DNA from: the human T2T-CHM13v2.0 reference genome, Homo sapiens
Strand: one strand, 5' to 3'
Length of the DNA stretch: 64,000 nt
NCBI RefSeq assembly: GCF_009914755.1
Contig: NC_060939.1
Part shown: in pieces, positions 61,397-64,000 of the stretch
Layout: every line of letters begins with the position of its first letter
Position numbering within the stretch: the stretch's first letter is position 1
Program-made: the position numbers and the translations under genes
The notes under the pieces: model-generated
The model's database searches: none
Told to the model about the DNA's origin: nothing
The model's input: the letters and a program-made list of their open reading frames with translations, nothing else

Positions 61397-62409
61397 ATGG
61401 GGAAAAAACAGAGCAGAAAACCTGAAAATTCTAAATATCAGAGTGCCTGTCCCCCTCCAAAGGAACGCAGCTCCTCGCCAGCAACGGAACAAAGCTGGAT
61501 GGAGAATGACTTTGACGAGTTAAGAGAAGGCTTCAGACGATCAAACTACTCCAAGCTAAAGGAGGAAGTTCAAACCCATTGCAAAGAAGCTAAAAACCTT
61601 GAAAAAAGATTAGACGAATGGATAACTAGAATAACCAATGTAGAGAAGTCCTTAAATGACCTGATGGAGCTGAAAAACATGGCAAAAGAACTACGTGATG
61701 AACGCACAAGCTTCAGTAGCGAATTCAATCAACTGGAAGAAAGGGTATCAGTGATTGAAAATCAAATGAACGAAATGAAGCGAGAAGAGAAGTTTAGAGA
61801 AAAAAGAGTAAAAAGAAATGAACAAAGCCTCCAAGAAACATGGGACTATGTGAAAAGACCAGATGAGATCTACATCTGATTGGTGTACCTGAAAGTGACA
61901 GAGAGAATGGAACCAAGTTGGAAAACACTCTGCAGGAATTATCCAGGAGAACTTCCCCAACCTAGCAAGGCAGGCCAACATTCAAATTCAGGAGATACAG
62001 AGAATGCCACAAAGATATTCCTCGAGAAGAGCAACTCCAAGACACATAATTGTCAGATTCACCAAAGTTGAAATGAAGGAAAAAACGTTAAGGGCAGCCA
62101 GAGAGAAAGGTCGGGTTACCCACAAAGGGAAGCCCATCAGACTAACAGCGGATCTCTTGGCAGAAACTCTACAAGCCAGAAGAGAGTGGGGGCAAATATT
62201 CAACATTCTTAAAGAAAATAATTTTCAACCCAGAATTTCATATCCAACTAAGCTTCATAAGTGAAGGAGAAATAAAATCCTTTATAGACAAGCAAATGCT
62301 GAGAAATTTTGTCACCACCAGGCCTGCCCTACAAGAGCTCCTGAAGGAAGCACTAAACATGGAAAGGAACAACCGGTACCAGCCACTGCAAAAACATGCC
62401 AAATTGTAA
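61397..62409 (+). pseudogene. L1 ORF1, frameshifted
   Basis: MGKKQSRK...WDYVKRP, then an insertion near 61861 shifts the frame; further indels follow. Confidence 0.9.
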
Positions 62410-62472
62410 AGAACATCGAGGCTAGGAAGAAACTGCATCAACTAAAGAGCAAAATAACCAGCTAACATCAAA

Positions 62473-64000
<1,528 letters not shown>

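Overview
This is human genomic DNA: it contains an AluYb8 with the diagnostic 7-bp duplication, a human-specific subfamily. It is AT-rich, dense in repeats and looks intergenic or deep intronic. I recognise no host protein-coding gene, structural RNA gene, CpG-island promoter or prokaryotic-type system, and I cannot name the locus. Every recognisable ORF is LINE-1 ORF0/ORF1/ORF2 or a chance Alu/LTR frame. The window holds two same-orientation L1s with their 5' ends (an L1PA7-like full-length copy at 52748-59151 and an L1PA5/6-like copy from 60367 running off the window), many truncated L1s, about a dozen Alus, MaLR/ERVL/ERV1 LTRs, L2/MIR relics and small DNA transposons. The most notable observations are: (1) a ~150-bp template-switch rearrangement (A-C-inverted B-D) at an L1M/MSTB junction; (2) a nested L1PA3 with a 37-nt putative 3' transduction; (3) a THE1B lacking its 5' LTR yet flanked by an apparent 5-bp TSD; (4) a twin-primed 5'-inverted L1; (5) a possible gene-conversion tract over an L1 RT core; (6) an open, C-terminally extended ORF0; (7) a repeat-free block with a strong CTCF motif and an AP-1/ARE/E-box/GATA cluster. 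I found no evidence of a new biological system. Repeat subfamily calls come from remembered consensus features and need RepeatMasker/Dfam confirmation.
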